Below are positions 41,101-56,215 of a stretch of 64,000 nt of DNA, piece after piece. Positions within the stretch are counted from its first letter, which is position 1; each line of letters begins with the position of its first letter. Source of the stretch: Eledone cirrhosa. Lineage: Eukaryota. The stretch is taken from assembly GCA_964016885.1 (NCBI GenBank), contig OZ024758.1, positions 29,698,001-29,762,000 of the forward strand. The letters run 5' to 3'. A program made the position numbers and the translations under genes. Under the pieces are notes generated by a model that was not told the origin of the DNA, did not search any database, and saw nothing but the letters and a program-made list of their open reading frames with translations.

Positions 41101-44100
41101 AATTATTGGAAGTCGTGTAAGTCTTTTTGTTGTTGCTATCATAAAATTATTGGAAGTCGTGTAAGTCTTTTTGTTGTTGCTATCATAAAATTATTGGAAG
41201 TCATGTAAGTCTTTTTGTTGTTGCTATCATAAAATTATTGGAAGTCATGTAAGTCTCTTTGTTGTTGCTATCATAAAATTATTGGAAGTCATGTAAGTCT
41301 TTTTGTTGTTGCTATCATAAAATTATTGGAAGTAATGTAAGTCTTTTTGTTGTTGCTATCATAAAATTATTGGAAGTCATATCAGTCTTTTTGTTGTTGC
41401 TATCATAAAATTATTGGAGATCATGTAAGTCTTTTTGTTGTTGCTATCATAAAAATATTGGAAATCACGTAAGTCTTTTTGTTGTTGCTATCATAAAATT
41501 ATTGGAAGTCATGTAAGTCTTTTTGTTGTTGCTATCATAAAATTATTGGAAGTCATGTAAGTCTTTTTGTTGTTGGTATCATAAAATTATTGGAAGTCAT
41601 GTAAGTCTTTTTGTTGTTGCTATCATAAAATTATTGGAAGTAATGTAAGTCTTTTTGATGTTGCTATCATAAAATTATTGGAAGTCATGTAAGACTTTTT
41701 GTTGTTGGTATCATAAAATTATTGGAAGTCATGTAAGTCTTTTTGTTGTTGGTATCATAAAATTATTGGAAGTCATGTAAGTCTTTTTGTTGTTGGTATC
41801 ATAAAATTATTGGAAGTCATGTAAGACTTTTTGTTGTTGGTATCATAAAATTATTGGAAGTCATGTAAGACTTTTTGTTGTTGCTATCATGAAATTATTG
41901 GAAGTCATGTAAGTCTTTTTGTTGTTGGTATCATAAAATTATTGGAAGTCATATAAGTGTTTTTGTTGCTATCATAAAATTATTGGAGGTCATATAAGTC
42001 TTTTTGTTGTTGCTATCATAAAATTATTGGAAGTCATGTAAGTCTTTTTGTTGTTGCTATCATAAAATTATTGGAAGTCATGTAAGTCTTTTTGTTGTTG
42101 GTATCATAAAATTATTGGAAGTCATGTAAGTGTTTTTGTTGCTATCATAAAATTATTGGAAGTGATGTAAGTGTTTTTGTTGTTGCTATCATAAAATTAT
42201 TAGAAGTCATGTAAGTCTTTTTGTTGTTGCTATCATAAAATTATTGGAAGTCATGTAAGTCTTTTTGTTGTTGCTATCATAAAATTATTGAAAGTCTTGT
42301 AAGTCTTTTTGTGGTTGTTATAATAAAATTATTGAAGTCATGTAAGTGTTTTTGTTGTTGGTATCATAAAATTATTGGAAGTCATGTAAGTCTTTTTGTT
42401 GTTGGTATCATAAAATTATTGGAAGTAATGTAAGTCTTTTTGTTGTTGCTATCATAAAATTATTGGAAGTCATGTAAGTGTTTTTGTTGTTGCTATCATA
42501 AAATTATTGGAAGTCATGTAAGTCTTTTTGTTGTTGCTATCATAAAATTATTGGAAGTCTTGTAAGTCTTTTTGTGGTTGTTATAATAAAATTATTGAAG
42601 TCATGTAAGTGTTTTTGTTGTTGGTATCATAAAATTATTGGAAGTCATGTAAGTCTTTTTGTTGTTGTAATCATAAAATTATTGGAAGTCATGTAAGACT
42701 TTTTGTTGTTGCTATCATGAAATTATTGGAAGTCATGTAAGTCTTTTTGTCGTTGGTATAATAAAATTATTGGAAGTCATGTAAGTCTTTTTGTTGTTGG
42801 TATCATAAAATTATTGGAAGTCATGTAAGTGTTTTTGTTGCAAACATAAAATTTTTGGAAGTAATGTAAGTCTTTTTGTTGTTGCTATCATAAAATTATT
42901 GGAAGTCATGTAAGGCTTTTTGTTGTTGCTATCATAAAATTATTGGAAGTCATATCAGTCTTTTTGTTGTTGCTATCATAAAATTATTGGAAGTCATATC
43001 AGTCTTTTTGTTGTTGTTATCATAAAATTATTGGAATTCATGTAAGTCTTTTTGTTGTTGCTATCATAAAATTATTGGAAGTCATATCAGTGTTTTTGTT
43101 GTTGCTATCATAAAATTATTGGAAGTAATGTAAGTCTTTTTTGATGTTGCTATCATAAAATTATTGGAAGTCATGTAAATGTTTTTGTTGTTGCTATCAT
43201 AAAATTATTGGAAGTAATATAAGTGTTTTTGTTGTTGCTATTATAAAATTATTGGAAGTCATGTAAGTGTTTTTGTTGTTGCTATCATAAAATTATTGGA
43301 AGTCATGTAAGTCTTTCTGTTGTTGCTATCATAAAATTATTGGAAGTCATGTAAGTCTTTTTGTTGTTGCTATCATAAAATTATTGGAAGTCGTGTAAGT
43401 CTTTTTGTTGTTGCTATCATAAAATTATTGGAAGTCGTGTAAGTCTTTTTGTTGTTGCTATCATAAAATTATTGGAAGTCATGTAAGTCTTTTTGTTGTT
43501 GCTATCATAAAATTATTGGAAGTCATGTAAGTCTCTTTGTTGTTGCTATCATAAAATTATTGGAAGTCATGTAAGTCTTTTTGTTGTTGCTATCATAAAA
43601 TTATTGGAAGTAATGTAAGTCTTTTTGTTGTTGCTATCATAAAATTATTGGAAGTCATATCAGTCTTTTTGTTGTTGCTATCATAAAATTATTGGAGATC
43701 ATGTAAGTCTTTTTGTTGTTGCTATCATAAAAATATTGGAAATCACGTAAGTCTTTTTGTTGTTGCTATCATAAAATTATTGGAAGTCATGTAAGTCTTT
43801 TTGTTGTTGCTATCATAAAATTATTGGAAGTCATGTAAGTCTTTTTGTTGTTGGTATCATAAAATTATTGGAAGTCATGTAAGTCTTTTTGTTGTTGCTA
43901 TCATAAAATTATTGGAAGTAATGTAAGTCTTTTTGATGTTGCTATCATAAAATTATTGGAAGTCATGTAAGACTTTTTGTTGTTGGTATCATAAAATTAT
44001 TGGAAGTCATGTAAGTCTTTTTGTTGTTGGTATCATAAAATTATTGGAAGTCATGTAAGTCTTTTTGTTGTTGGTATCATAAAATTATTGGAATTCATGT

Positions 44101-44900
44101 AAGACTTTTTGTTGTTGGTATCATAAAATTATTGGAAGTCATGTAAGACTTTTTGTTGTTGCTATCATGAAATTATTGGAAGTCATGTAAGTCTTTTTGT
44201 TGTTGGTATCATAAAATTATTGGAAGTCATGTAAGTCTTTTTGTTGTTGGTATCATAAAATTATTGGAAGTCATGTAAGTGTTTTTGTTGCTATCATAAA
44301 ATTATTGGAGGTCATATAAGTCTTTTTGTTGTTGCTATCATAAAATTATTGGAAGTCATGTAAGTCTTTTTGTTGTTGCTATCATAAAATTATTGGAAGT
44401 CATGTAAGTCTTTTTGTTGTTGGTATCATAAAATTATTGGAAGTCATGTAAGTGTTTTTGTTGCTATCATAAAATTATTGGAAGTGATGTAAGTGTTTTT
44501 GTTGTTGCTATCATAAAATTATTAGAAGTCATGTAAGTCTTTTTGTTGTTGCTATCATAAAATTATTGGAAGTCATGTAAGTCTTTTTGTTGTTGCTATC
44601 ATAAAATTATTGGAAGTCTTGTAAGTCTTTTTGTGGTTGTTATAATAAAATTATTGAAGTCATGTAAGTGTTTTTGTTGTTGGTATCATAAAATTATTGG
44701 AAGTCATGTAAGTCTTTTTGTTGTTGGTATCATAAAATTATTGGAAGTAATGTAAGTCTTTTTGTTGTTGCTATCATAAAATTATTGGAAGTCATGTAAG
44801 TGTTTTTGTTGTTGCTATCATAAAATTATTGGAAGTCATGTAAGTCTTTTTGTTGTTGCTATCATAAAATTATTGGAAGTCTTGTAAGTCTTTTTGTGCT
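38050..44900. repeat. Local higher-order repeat of 52-53 monomers (2278-2322 bp), about three copies
   Basis: GTAAGGC at 38311/40632/42910, GGAGATC at 39094/41416/43694, GTCGTTGG at 40471/42749, CAAACATA at 40563/42841. Confidence 0.88.
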
Positions 44901-45279
44901 TGTTATAATAAAATTATTGAAGTCATGTAAGTGTTTTTGTTGTTGGTATCATAAAATTATTGGAAGTCATGTAAGTCTTTTTGTTGTTGCTATCATAAAA
45001 TTATTGGAAGTCATGTAAGTCTTTTTGTTGTTGCTATCATAAAATTATTGGAAGTCATGTAAGTCTTTTTGTTGTTGCTATCATAAAATTATTGGAAGTC
45101 ATGTAAGTCTTTTTGTTGTTGCTATCATAAAATTATTGGAAGTAATGTAAGTTTTTTGTTGTTGCTATCATAAAATTATTGGAAGTCATGTCAGTCTTTT
45201 TGTTGTTGCTATCATAAAATTATTGGAAGTCATGTAAGTCTTTTTGTTGTTGCTATCATAAAATTATTGGAAGTCATGT

Positions 45280-47295
45280 AAGTCTCTTTGTTGTTGCTAT
45301 CATAAAATTATTGGAAGTCATGTAAGTCTTTTTGTTGTTGCTATCATAAAATTATTGGAAGTAATGTAAGTCTTTTTGTTGTTGCTATCATAAAATTATT
45401 GGAAGTCATATCAGTCTTTTTGTTGTTGCTATCATAAAATTATTGGAAATCACGTAAGTCTTTTTGTTGTTGCTATCATAAAATTATTGGAAGTCATGTA
45501 AGTCTTTTTGTTGTTGCTATCATAAAATTATTGGAAGTCATGTAAGTCTTTTTGTTGTTGGTATCATAAAATTATTGGAAGTCATGTAAGTCTTTTTGTT
45601 GTTGCTATCATAAAATTATTGGAAGTCATGTAAGTGTTTTTGTTGTTGCTATCATAAAATTATTGGAAGTAATGTAAGTCTTTTTGATGTTGCTATCATA
45701 AAATTATTGGAAGTCATGTAAGACTTTTTGTTGTTGGTATCATAAAATTATTGGAAGTCATGTAAGTCTTTTTGTTGTTGGTATCATAAAATTATTGGAA
45801 GTCATGTAAGTCTTTTTGTTGTTGGTATCATAAAATTATTGGAAGTCATGTAAGACTTTTTGTTGTTGGTATCATAAAATTATTGGAAGTCATGTAACAC
45901 TTTTTGTTGTTGCTATCATGAAATTATTGGAAGTCATGTAAGTCTTTTTGTTGTTGGTATCATAAAATTATTGGAAGTCATGTAAGTCTTTTTGTTGTTG
46001 GTATCATAAAATTATTGGAAGTCATGTAAGTGTTTTTGTTGCTATCATAAAATTATTGGAGGTCATATAAGTCTTTTTGTTGTTGCTATCATAAAATTAT
46101 TGGAAGTCATGTAAGTCTTTTTGTTGTTGCTATCATAAAATTATTGGAAGTCATGTAAGTCTTTTTGTTGTTGGTATCATAAAATTATTGGAAATCATGT
46201 AAGTGTTTTTGTTGCTATCATAAAATTATTGGAAGTGATGTAAGTGTTTTTGTTGTTGCTATCATAAAATTATTAGAAGTCATGTAAGTCTCTTTGTTGT
46301 TGCTATCATAAAATTATTGGAAGTCATGTAAGTCTTTTTGTTGTTGCTATCATAAAATTATTGGAAGTAATGTAAGTCTTTTTGTTGTTGCTATCATAAA
46401 ATTATTGGAAGTCATATCAGTCTTTTTGTTGTTGCTATCATAAAATTATTGGAAATCACGTAAGTCTTTTTGTTGTTGCTATCATAAAATTATTGGAAGT
46501 CATGTAAGTCTTTTTGTTGTTGCTATCATAAAATTATTGGAAGTCATGTAAGTCTTTTTGTTGTTGGTATCATAAAATTATTGGAAGTCATGTAAGTCTT
46601 TTTGTTGTTGCTATCATAAAATTATTGGAAGTCATGTAAGTGTTTTTGTTGTTGCTATCATAAAATTATTGGAAGTAATGTAAGTCTTTTTGATGTTGCT
46701 ATCATAAAATTATTGGAAGTCATGTAAGACTTTTTGTTGTTGGTATCATAAAATTATTGGAAGTCATGTAAGTCTTTTTGTTGTTGGTATCATAAAATTA
46801 TTGGAAGTCATGTAAGTCTTTTTGTTGTTGGTATCATAAAATTATTGGAAGTCATGTAAGACTTTTTGTTGTTGGTATCATAAAATTATTGGAAGTCATG
46901 TAAGACTTTTTGTTGTTGCTATCATGAAATTATTGGAAGTCATGTAAGTCTTTTTGTTGTTGGTATCATAAAATTATTGGAAGTCATGTAAGTCTTTTTG
47001 TTGTTGGTATCATAAAATTATTGGAAGTCATGTAAGTGTTTTTGTTGCTATCATAAAATTATTGGAGGTCATATAAGTCTTTTTGTTGTTGCTATCATAA
47101 AATTATTGGAAGTCATGTAAGTCTTTTTGTTGTTGCTATCATAAAATTATTGGAAGTCATGTAAGTCTTTTTGTTGTTGGTATCATAAAATTATTGGAAA
47201 TCATGTAAGTGTTTTTGTTGCTATCATAAAATTATTGGAAGTGATGTAAGTGTTTTTGTTGTTGCTATCATAAAATTATTAGAAGTCATGTAAGT
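45280..47295. repeat. Tandem duplication of a 23-monomer (1006 bp) block
   Basis: AGTCTCTTT 45281/46287 and GGAAATCACG 45445/46451, offset 1006. Confidence 0.85.
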
Positions 47296-50200
47296 CTTTT
47301 TGTTGTTGCTATCATAAAATTATTGGAAGTCATGTAAGTCTTTTTGTTGTTGCTATCATAAAATTATTGGAAGTCTTGTAAGTCTTTTTGTGGTTGTTAT
47401 AATAAAATTATTGAAGTCATGTAAGTGTTTTTGTTGTTGGTATCATAAAATTATTGGAAGTCATGTAAGTCTTTTTGTTGTTGGTATCATAAAATTATTG
47501 GAAGTAATGTAAGTCTTTTTGTTGTTGCTATCATAAAATTATTGGAAGTCATGTAAGTGTTTTTGTTGTTGCTATCATAAAATTATTGGAAGTCATGTAA
47601 GTCTTTTTGTTGTTGCTATCATAAAATTATTGGAAGTCTTGTAAGTCTTTTTGTGGTTGTTATAATAAAATTATTGAAGTCATGTAAGTGTTTTTGTTGT
47701 TGGTATCATAAAATTATTGGAAGTCATGTAAGTCTTTTTGTTGTTGCTATCATAAAATTATTGGAAGTAATGTAAGTCTTTTTGTTGTTGCTATCATAAA
47801 ATTATTGGAAGTCATGTAAGTCTTTTTGTTGTTGCTATCATAAAATTATTGGAAGTCATGTAAGTCTTTTTGTTGTTGCTATCATAAAATTATTGGAAGT
47901 AATGTAAGTTTTTTGTTGTTGCTATCATAAAATTATTGGAAGTCATGTCAGTCTTTTTGTTGTTGCTATCATAAAATTATTGGAAGTCATGTAAGTCATT
48001 TTGTTGTTGCTATCATAAAAATATTGGAAGTCACGTAAGTCTTTTTGTTGTTGCTATCATAAAATTATTGGAAGTCATGTAAGTCTTTTTGTTGTTGCTA
48101 TCATAAAATTATTGGAAGTCATGTAAGTCTTTTTGTTGTTGCTATCATAAAATTATTGGAAGTAATATAAGTCTTTTTGTTGTTGCTATCATAAAATTAT
48201 TGGAAGTCATGTAAGTCTTTTTGTTGTTGCTATCATAAAATTATTGGAAGTAATATAAGTCTTTTTGTTGTTGCTATCATAAAATTATTGGAAGTCATAT
48301 CAGTCTTTTTGTTGTTGCTATCATAAAATTATTGGAAATCATGTAAGTCTTTTTGTTGTTGCTATCATAAAATTATTGGATGTCATGTAAGACTTTTTGT
48401 TGTTGGTATCATAAAATTATTGGAAGTCATGTAAGTCTTTTTGTTGTTGGTATCATAAAATTATTGGAAGTCATGTAAGTCTTTTTGTTGTTGCTATCAT
48501 AAAATTATTGGAAGTCATGTAAGTGTTTTTGTTGTTGCTATCATAAAATTATTGGAAGTAATGTAAGTCTTTTTGATGTTGCTATCATAAAATTATTGGA
48601 AGTCATGTAAGACTTTTTGTTGTTGGTATCATAAAATTATTGGAAGTCATGTAAGTCTTTTTGTTGTTGGTATCATAAAATTATTGGAAGTCATGTAAGT
48701 CTTTTTGTTGTTGGTATCATAAAATTATTGGAAGTCATGTAAGACTTTTTGTTGTTGGTATCATAAAATTATTGGAAGTCATGTAAGACTTTTTGTTGTT
48801 GCTATCATGAAATTATTGGAAGTCATGTAAGTCTTTTTGTTGTTGGTATCATAAAATTATTGGAAGTCATGTAAGTCTTTTTGTTGTTGGTATCATAAAA
48901 TTATTGGAAGTCATGTAAGTGTTTTTGTTGCTATCATAAAATTATTGGAGGTCATATAAGTCTTTTTGTTGTTGCTATCATAAAATTATTGGAAGTCATG
49001 TAAGTCTTTTTGTTGTTGCTATCATAAAATTATTGGAAGTCATGTAAGTCTTTTTGTTGTTGGTATCATAAAATTATTGGAAATCATGTAAGTGTTTTTG
49101 TTGCTATCATAAAATTATTGGAAGTGATGTAAGTGTTTTTGTTGTTGCTATCATAAAATTATTAGAAGTCATGTAAGTCTTTTTGTTGTTGCTATCATAA
49201 AATTATTGGAAGTCATGTAAGTCTTTTTGTTGTTGCTATCATAAAATTATTGGAAGTCTTGTAAGTCTTTTTGTGGTTGTTATAATAAAATTATTGAAGT
49301 CATGTAAGTGTTTTTGTTGTTGGTATCATAAAATTATTGGAAGTCATGTAAGTCTTTTTGTTGTTGGTATCATAAAATTATTGGAAGTAATGTAAGTCTT
49401 TTTGTTGTTGCTATCATAAAATTATTGGAAGTCATGTAAGTGTTTTTGTTGTTGCTATCATAAAATTATTGGAAGTCATGTAAGTCTTTTTGTTGTTGCT
49501 ATCATAAAATTATTGGAAGTCTTGTAAGTCTTTTTGTGGTTGTTATAATAAAATTATTGAAGTCATGTAAGTGTTTTTGTTGTTGGTATCATAAAATTAT
49601 TGGAAGTCATGTAAGTCTTTTTGTTGTTGCTATCATAAAATTATTGGAAGTAATGTAAGTCTTTTTGTTGTTGCTATCATAAAATTATTGGAAGTCATGT
49701 AAGTCTTTTTGTTGTTGCTATCATAAAATTATTGGAAGTCATGTAAGTCTTTTTGTTGTTGCTATCATAAAATTATTGGAAGTAATGTAAGTTTTTTGTT
49801 GTTGCTATCATAAAATTATTGGAAGTCATGTCAGTCTTTTTGTTGTTGCTATCATAAAATTATTGGAAGTCATGTAAGTCATTTTGTTGTTGCTATCATA
49901 AAAATATTGGAAGTCACGTAAGTCTTTTTGTTGTTGCTATCATAAAATTATTGGAAGTCATGTAAGTCTTTTTGTTGTTGCTATCATAAAATTATTGGAA
50001 GTCATGTAAGTCTTTTTGTTGTTGCTATCATAAAATTATTGGAAGTAATATAAGTCTTTTTGTTGTTGCTATCATAAAATTATTGGAAGTCATATCAGTC
50101 TTTTTGTTGTTGCTATCATAAAATTATTGGAAATCATGTAAGTCTTTTTGTTGTTGCTATCATAAAATTATTGGATGTCATGTAAGACTTTTTGTTGTTG

Positions 50201-50300
50201 GTATCATAAAATTATTGGAAGTCATGTAAGTCTTTTTTTTGTTGGTATCATAAAATTATTGGAAGTCATGTAAGTCTTTTTGTTGTTGGTATCATAAAAT
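46540..50300. repeat. Tandem duplication of a ~43-monomer (1883 bp) block
   Basis: GTAAGTCATTTT...AAAATATTGGAAGTCACG at 47991/49874 with the same upstream variant order. GGATGTC at 48378/50173 follows after loss of two monomers. Confidence 0.8.
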
Positions 50301-53300
50301 TATTGGAAGTCATGTAAGTCTTTTTGTTGTTGGTATCATAAAATTATTGGAAGTCATGTAAGTGTTTTTGTTGCTATCATAAATTTTTTGGAAGTAATGT
50401 AAGTCTTTTTGTTGTTGCTATCATAAAATTATTGGAAGTCATGTAAGTCTTTTTGTTGTTGCTATCATAAAATTATTGGAAGCCATATCAGTCTTTTTGT
50501 TGTTGCTATCATAAAATTATTGGAAGTCATGTAAGTCTTTTTGTTGTTGCTATCATAAAATTATTGGAAGCCATATCAGTCTTTTTGTTGTTGCTATCAT
50601 AAAATTATTGGAAGTCATATCAGTCTTTTTGTTGTTGTTATCATAAAATTATTGGAATTCATGTAAGTCTTTTTGTTGTTGCTATCATAAAATTATTGGA
50701 AGTCATATCAGTGTTTTTGTTGTTGCTATCATAAAATTATTGGAAGTAATGTAAGTCTTTTTGATGTTGCTATCATAAAATTATTTTAAGTCATGTAAGT
50801 GTTTTTGTTGTTGCTATCATAAAATTATTGGAAGTAATATAAGTGTTTTTGTTGTTGCTATTATAAAATTATTGGAAGTCATGTAAGTGTTTTTGTTGTT
50901 GCTATCATAAAATTATTGGAAGTCATGTAAGTCTTTTTGTTGTTGCTATCATAAAATTATTGGAAGTCATGTAAGTCTTTTTGTTGTTGCTATCATAAAA
51001 TTATTGGAAGTCGTGTAAGTCTTTTTGTTGTTGCTATCATAAAATTATTGGAAGTCGTGTAAGTCTTTTTGTTGTTGCTATCATAAAATTATTGGAAGTC
51101 ATGTAAGTCTTTTTGTTGTTGCTATCATAAAATTATTGGAAGTCATGTAAGTCTCTTTGTTGTTGCTATCATAAAATTATTGGAAGTCATGTAAGTCTTT
51201 TTGTTGTTGCTATCATAAAATTATTGGAAGTAATGTAAGTCTTTTTGTTGTTGCTATCATAAAATTATTGGAAGTCATATCAGACTTTTTGTTGTTGCTA
51301 TCATAAAATTATTGGAAATCATGTAAGTCTTTTTGTTGTTGCTATCATAAAATTATTGGAAGTCATGTAAGTCTTTTTGATGTTGCTATCATAAAATTAT
51401 TGGAAGTCATGTAAGACTTTTTGTTGTTGGTATCATAAAATTATTGGAAGTCATGTAAGTCTTTTTGTTGTTGGTATCATAAAATTATTGGAAGTCATGT
51501 AAGTCTTTTTGTTGTTGGTATCATAAAATTATTGGAAGTCATGTAAGACTTTTTGTTGTTGGTATCATAAAATTATTGGAAGTCATGTAAGACTTTTTGT
51601 TGTTGCTATCATGAAATTATTGGAAGTCATGTAAGTCTTTTTGTTGTTGGTATCATAAAATTATTGGAAGTCATGTAAGTCTTTTTGTTGTTGGTATCAT
51701 AAAATTATTGGAAGTCATGTAAGTGTTTTTGTTGCTATCATAAAATTATTGGAGGTCATATAAGTCTTTTTGTTGTTGCTATCATAAAATTATTGGAAGT
51801 CATGTAAGTCTTTTTGTTGTTGCTATCATAAAATTATTGGAAGTCATGTAAGTCTTTTTGTTGTTGGTATCATAAAATTATTGGAAATCATGTAAGTGTT
51901 TTTGTTGCTATCATAAAATTATTGGAAGTGATGTAAGTGTTTTTGTTGTTGCTATCATAAAATTATTAGAAGTCATGTAAGTCTTTTTGTTGTTGCTATC
52001 ATAAAATTATTGGAAGTCATGTAAGTCTTTTTGTTGTTGCTATCATAAAATTATTGGAAGTCTTGTAAGTCTTTTTGTGGTTGTTATAATAAAATTATTG
52101 AAGTCATGTAAGTGTTTTTGTTGTTGGTATCATAAAATTATTGGAAGTCATGTAAGTCTTTTTGTTGTTGGTATCATAAAATTATTGGAAGTAATGTAAG
52201 TCTTTTTGTTGTTGCTATCATAAAATTATTGGAAGTCATGTAAGTGTTTTTGTTGTTGCTATCATAAAATTATTGGAAGTCATGTAAGTCTTTTTGTTGT
52301 TGCTATCATAAAATTATTGGAAGTCTTGTAAGTCTTTTTGTGGTTGTTATAATAAAATTATTGAAGTCATGTAAGTGTTTTTGTTGTTGGTATCATAAAA
52401 TTATTGGAAGTCATGTAAGTCTTTTTGTTGTTGCTATCATAAAATTATTGGAAGTAATGTAAGTCTTTTTGTTGTTGCTATCATAAAATTATTGGAAGTC
52501 ATGTAAGTCTTTTTGTTGTTGCTATCATAAAATTATTGGAAGTCATGTAAGTCTTTTTGTTGTTGCTATCATAAAATTATTGGAAGTAATGTAAGTTTTT
52601 TGTTGTTGCTATCATAAAATTATTGGAAGTCATGTCAGTCTTTTTGTTGTTGCTATCATAAAATTATTGGAAGTCATGTAAGTCATTTTGTTGTTGCTAT
52701 CATAAAAATATTGGAAGTCACGTAAGTCTTTTTGTTGTTGCTATCATAAAATTATTGGAAGTCATGTAAGTCTTTTTGTTGTTGCTATCATAAAATTATT
52801 GGAAGTCATGTAAGTCTTTTTGTTGTTGCTATCATAAAATTATTGGAAGTAATATAAGTCTTTTTGTTGTTGCTATCATAAAATTATTGGAAGTCATGTA
52901 AGTCTTTTTGTTGTTGCTATCATAAAATTATTGGAAGTAATATAAGTCTTTTTGTTGTTGCTATCATAAAATTATTGGAAGTCATATCAGTCTTTTTGTT
53001 GTTGCTATCATAAAATTATTGGAAATCATGTAAGTCTTTTTGTTGTTGCTATCATAAAATTATTGGATGTCATGTAAGACTTTTTGTTGTTGGTATCATA
53101 AAATTATTGGAAGTCATGTAAGTCTTTTTTTTGTTGGTATCATAAAATTATTGGAAGTCATGTAAGTCTTTTTGTTGTTGGTATCATAAAATTATTGGAA
53201 GTCATGTAAGTCTTTTTGTTGTTGGTATCATAAAATTATTGGAAGTCATGTAAGTGTTTTTGTTGCTATCATAAATTTTTTGGAAGTAATGTAAGTCTTT

Positions 53301-54250
53301 TTGTTGTTGCTATCATAAAATTATTGGAAGTCATGTAAGTCTTTTTGTTGTTGCTATCATAAAATTATTGGAAGCCATATCAGTCTTTTTGTTGTTGCTA
53401 TCATAAAATTATTGGAAGTCATGTAAGTCTTTTTGTTGTTGCTATCATAAAATTATTGGAAGCCATATCAGTCTTTTTGTTGTTGCTATCATAAAATTAT
53501 TGGAAGTCATATCAGTCTTTTTGTTGTTGTTATCATAAAATTATTGGAATTCATGTAAGTCTTTTTGTTGTTGCTATCATAAAATTATTGGAAGTCATAT
53601 CAGTGTTTTTGTTGTTGCTATCATAAAATTATTGGAAGTAATGTAAGTCTTTTTGATGTTGCTATCATAAAATTATTTTAAGTCATGTAAGTGTTTTTGT
53701 TGTTGCTATCATAAAATTATTGGAAGTAATATAAGTGTTTTTGTTGTTGCTATTATAAAATTATTGGAAGTCATGTAAGTGTTTTTGTTGTTGCTATCAT
53801 AAAATTATTGGAAGTCATGTAAGTCTTTTTGTTGTTGCTATCATAAAATTATTGGAAGTCATGTAAGTCTTTTTGTTGTTGCTATCATAAAATTATTGGA
53901 AGTCGTGTAAGTCTTTTTGTTGTTGCTATCATAAAATTATTGGAAGTCGTGTAAGTCTTTTTGTTGTTGCTATCATAAAATTATTGGAAGTCATGTAAGT
54001 CTTTTTGTTGTTGCTATCATAAAATTATTGGAAGTCATGTAAGTCTCTTTGTTGTTGCTATCATAAAATTATTGGAAGTCATGTAAGTCTTTTTGTTGTT
54101 GCTATCATAAAATTATTGGAAGTAATGTAAGTCTTTTTGTTGTTGCTATCATAAAATTATTGGAAGTCATATCAGACTTTTTGTTGTTGCTATCATAAAA
54201 TTATTGGAAATCATGTAAGTCTTTTTGTTGTTGCTATCATAAAATTATTG
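48560..54250. repeat. Tandem duplication of a ~64-66-monomer (2804-2892 bp) block
   Basis: GTAAGTCATTTT 49874/52678 (2804); GGATGTC 50173/53065 and AGCCATATC 50481/53373 (2892). A further copy lies 4953 bp downstream (57631, 58018, 58326). Confidence 0.82.
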
Positions 54251-56215
54251 GAAGTCATGTAAGTCTTTTTGTTGTTGCTATCATAAAATTATTGGAAGTA
54301 ATGTAAGTCTTTTTGTTGTTGCTATCATAAAATTATTGGAAGTCATGTAAGTCTTTTTGTTGTTGGTATCATAAAATTATTGGAAGTCATGTAAGTCTTT
54401 TTGTTGTTGCTATCATAAAATTATTGGAAGTCATGTAAGTCTTTTTGTTGTTGGTATCATAAAATTATTGGAAGTCATGTAAGACTTTTTGTTGTTGGTA
54501 TCATAAAATTATTGGAAGTCATGTAAGACTTTTTGTTGTTGCTATAATGAAATTATTGGAAGTCATGTAAGTCTTTTTGTTGTTGGTATCATAAAATTAT
54601 TGGAAGTCATGTAAGTCTTTTTGTTGTTGGTATCATAAAATTATTGGAAGTCATGTAAGTGTTTTTGTTGCTATCATAAAATTATTGGGGGTCATATAAG
54701 TCTTTTTGTTGTTGATATCATAAAATTATTGGAAGTCATGTAAGTCTTTTTGTTGTTGCTATCATAAAATTATTGGAAGTCATGTAAGTCTTTTTGTTGT
54801 TGGTATCATAAAATTATTGGAAGTCATGTAAGTGTTTTTGTTGCTATCATAAAATTATTGGAAGTCATATCAGTCTTTTTGTTGTTGTTATCATAAAATT
54901 ATTGGAATTCATGTAAGTCTTTTTGTTGTTGCTATCATAAAATTATTGGAAGTCATATCAGTGTTTTTGTTGTTGCTATCATAAAATTATTGGAAGTAAT
55001 GTAAGTCTTTTTGATGTTGCTATCATAAAATTATTTTAAGTCATGTAAGTGTTTTTGTTGTTGCTATCATAAAATTATTGGAAGTAATATAAGTGTTTTT
55101 GTTGTTGCTATTATAAAATTATTGGAAGTCATGTAAGTGTTTTTGTTGTTGCTATCATAAAATTATTGGAAGTCATGTAAGTCTTTTTGTTGTTGCTATC
55201 ATAAAATTATTGGAAGTCATGTAAGTCTTTTTGTTGTTGCTATCATAAAATTATTGGAAGTCGTGTAAGTCTTTTTGTTGTTGCTATCATAAAATTATTG
55301 GAAGTCGTGTAAGTCTTTTTGTTGTTGCTATCATAAAATTATTGGAAGTCACGTAAGTCTTTTTGTTGTTGCTATCATAAAATTATTGGAAATCATGTAA
55401 GTCTCTTTGTTGTTGCTATCATAAAATTATTGGAAGTCATGTAAGTCTTTTTGTTGTTGCTATCATAAAATTATTGGAAGTAATGTAAGTCTTTTTGTTG
55501 TTGCTATCATAAAATTATTGGAAGTCATATCAGACTTTTTGTTGTTGCTATCATAAAATTATTGGAAATCATGTAAGTCTTTTTGTTGTTGCTATCATAA
55601 AATTATTGGAAGTCATGTAAGTCTTTTTGTTGTTGCTATCATAAAATTATTGGAAGTAATGTAAGTCTTTTTGTTGTTGCTATCATAAAATTATTGGAAG
55701 TCATGTAAGTCTTTTTGTTGTTGGTATCATAAAATTATTGGAAGTCATGTAAGTCTTTTTGTTGTTGCTATCATAAAATTATTGGAAGTCATGTAAGTCT
55801 TTTTGTTGTTGGTATCATAAAATTATTGGAAGTCATGTAAGACTTTTTGTTGTTGGTATCATAAAATTATTGGAAGTCATGTAAGACTTTTTGTTGTTGC
55901 TATAATGAAATTATTGGAAGTCATGTAAGTCTTTTTGTTGTTGGTATCATAAAATTATTGGAAGTCATGTAAGTCTTTTTGTTGTTGGTATCATAAAATT
56001 ATTGGAAGTCATGTAAGTGTTTTTGTTGCTATCATAAAATTATTGGGGGTCATATAAGTCTTTTTGTTGTTGCTATCATAAAATTATTGGAAGTCATGTA
56101 AGTCTTTTTGTTGTTGCTATCATAAAATTATTGGAAGTCATGTAAGTCTTTTTGTTGTTGGTATCATAAAATTATTGGAAGTCATGTAAGTGTTTTTGTT
56201 GCTATCATAAAATTA
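53500..56215. repeat. Tandem duplication of a 31-monomer (1358 bp) block
   Basis: TTATTTTAAG 53673/55031 and private GGGGGTC 54687/56045, offset 1358. Confidence 0.88.
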
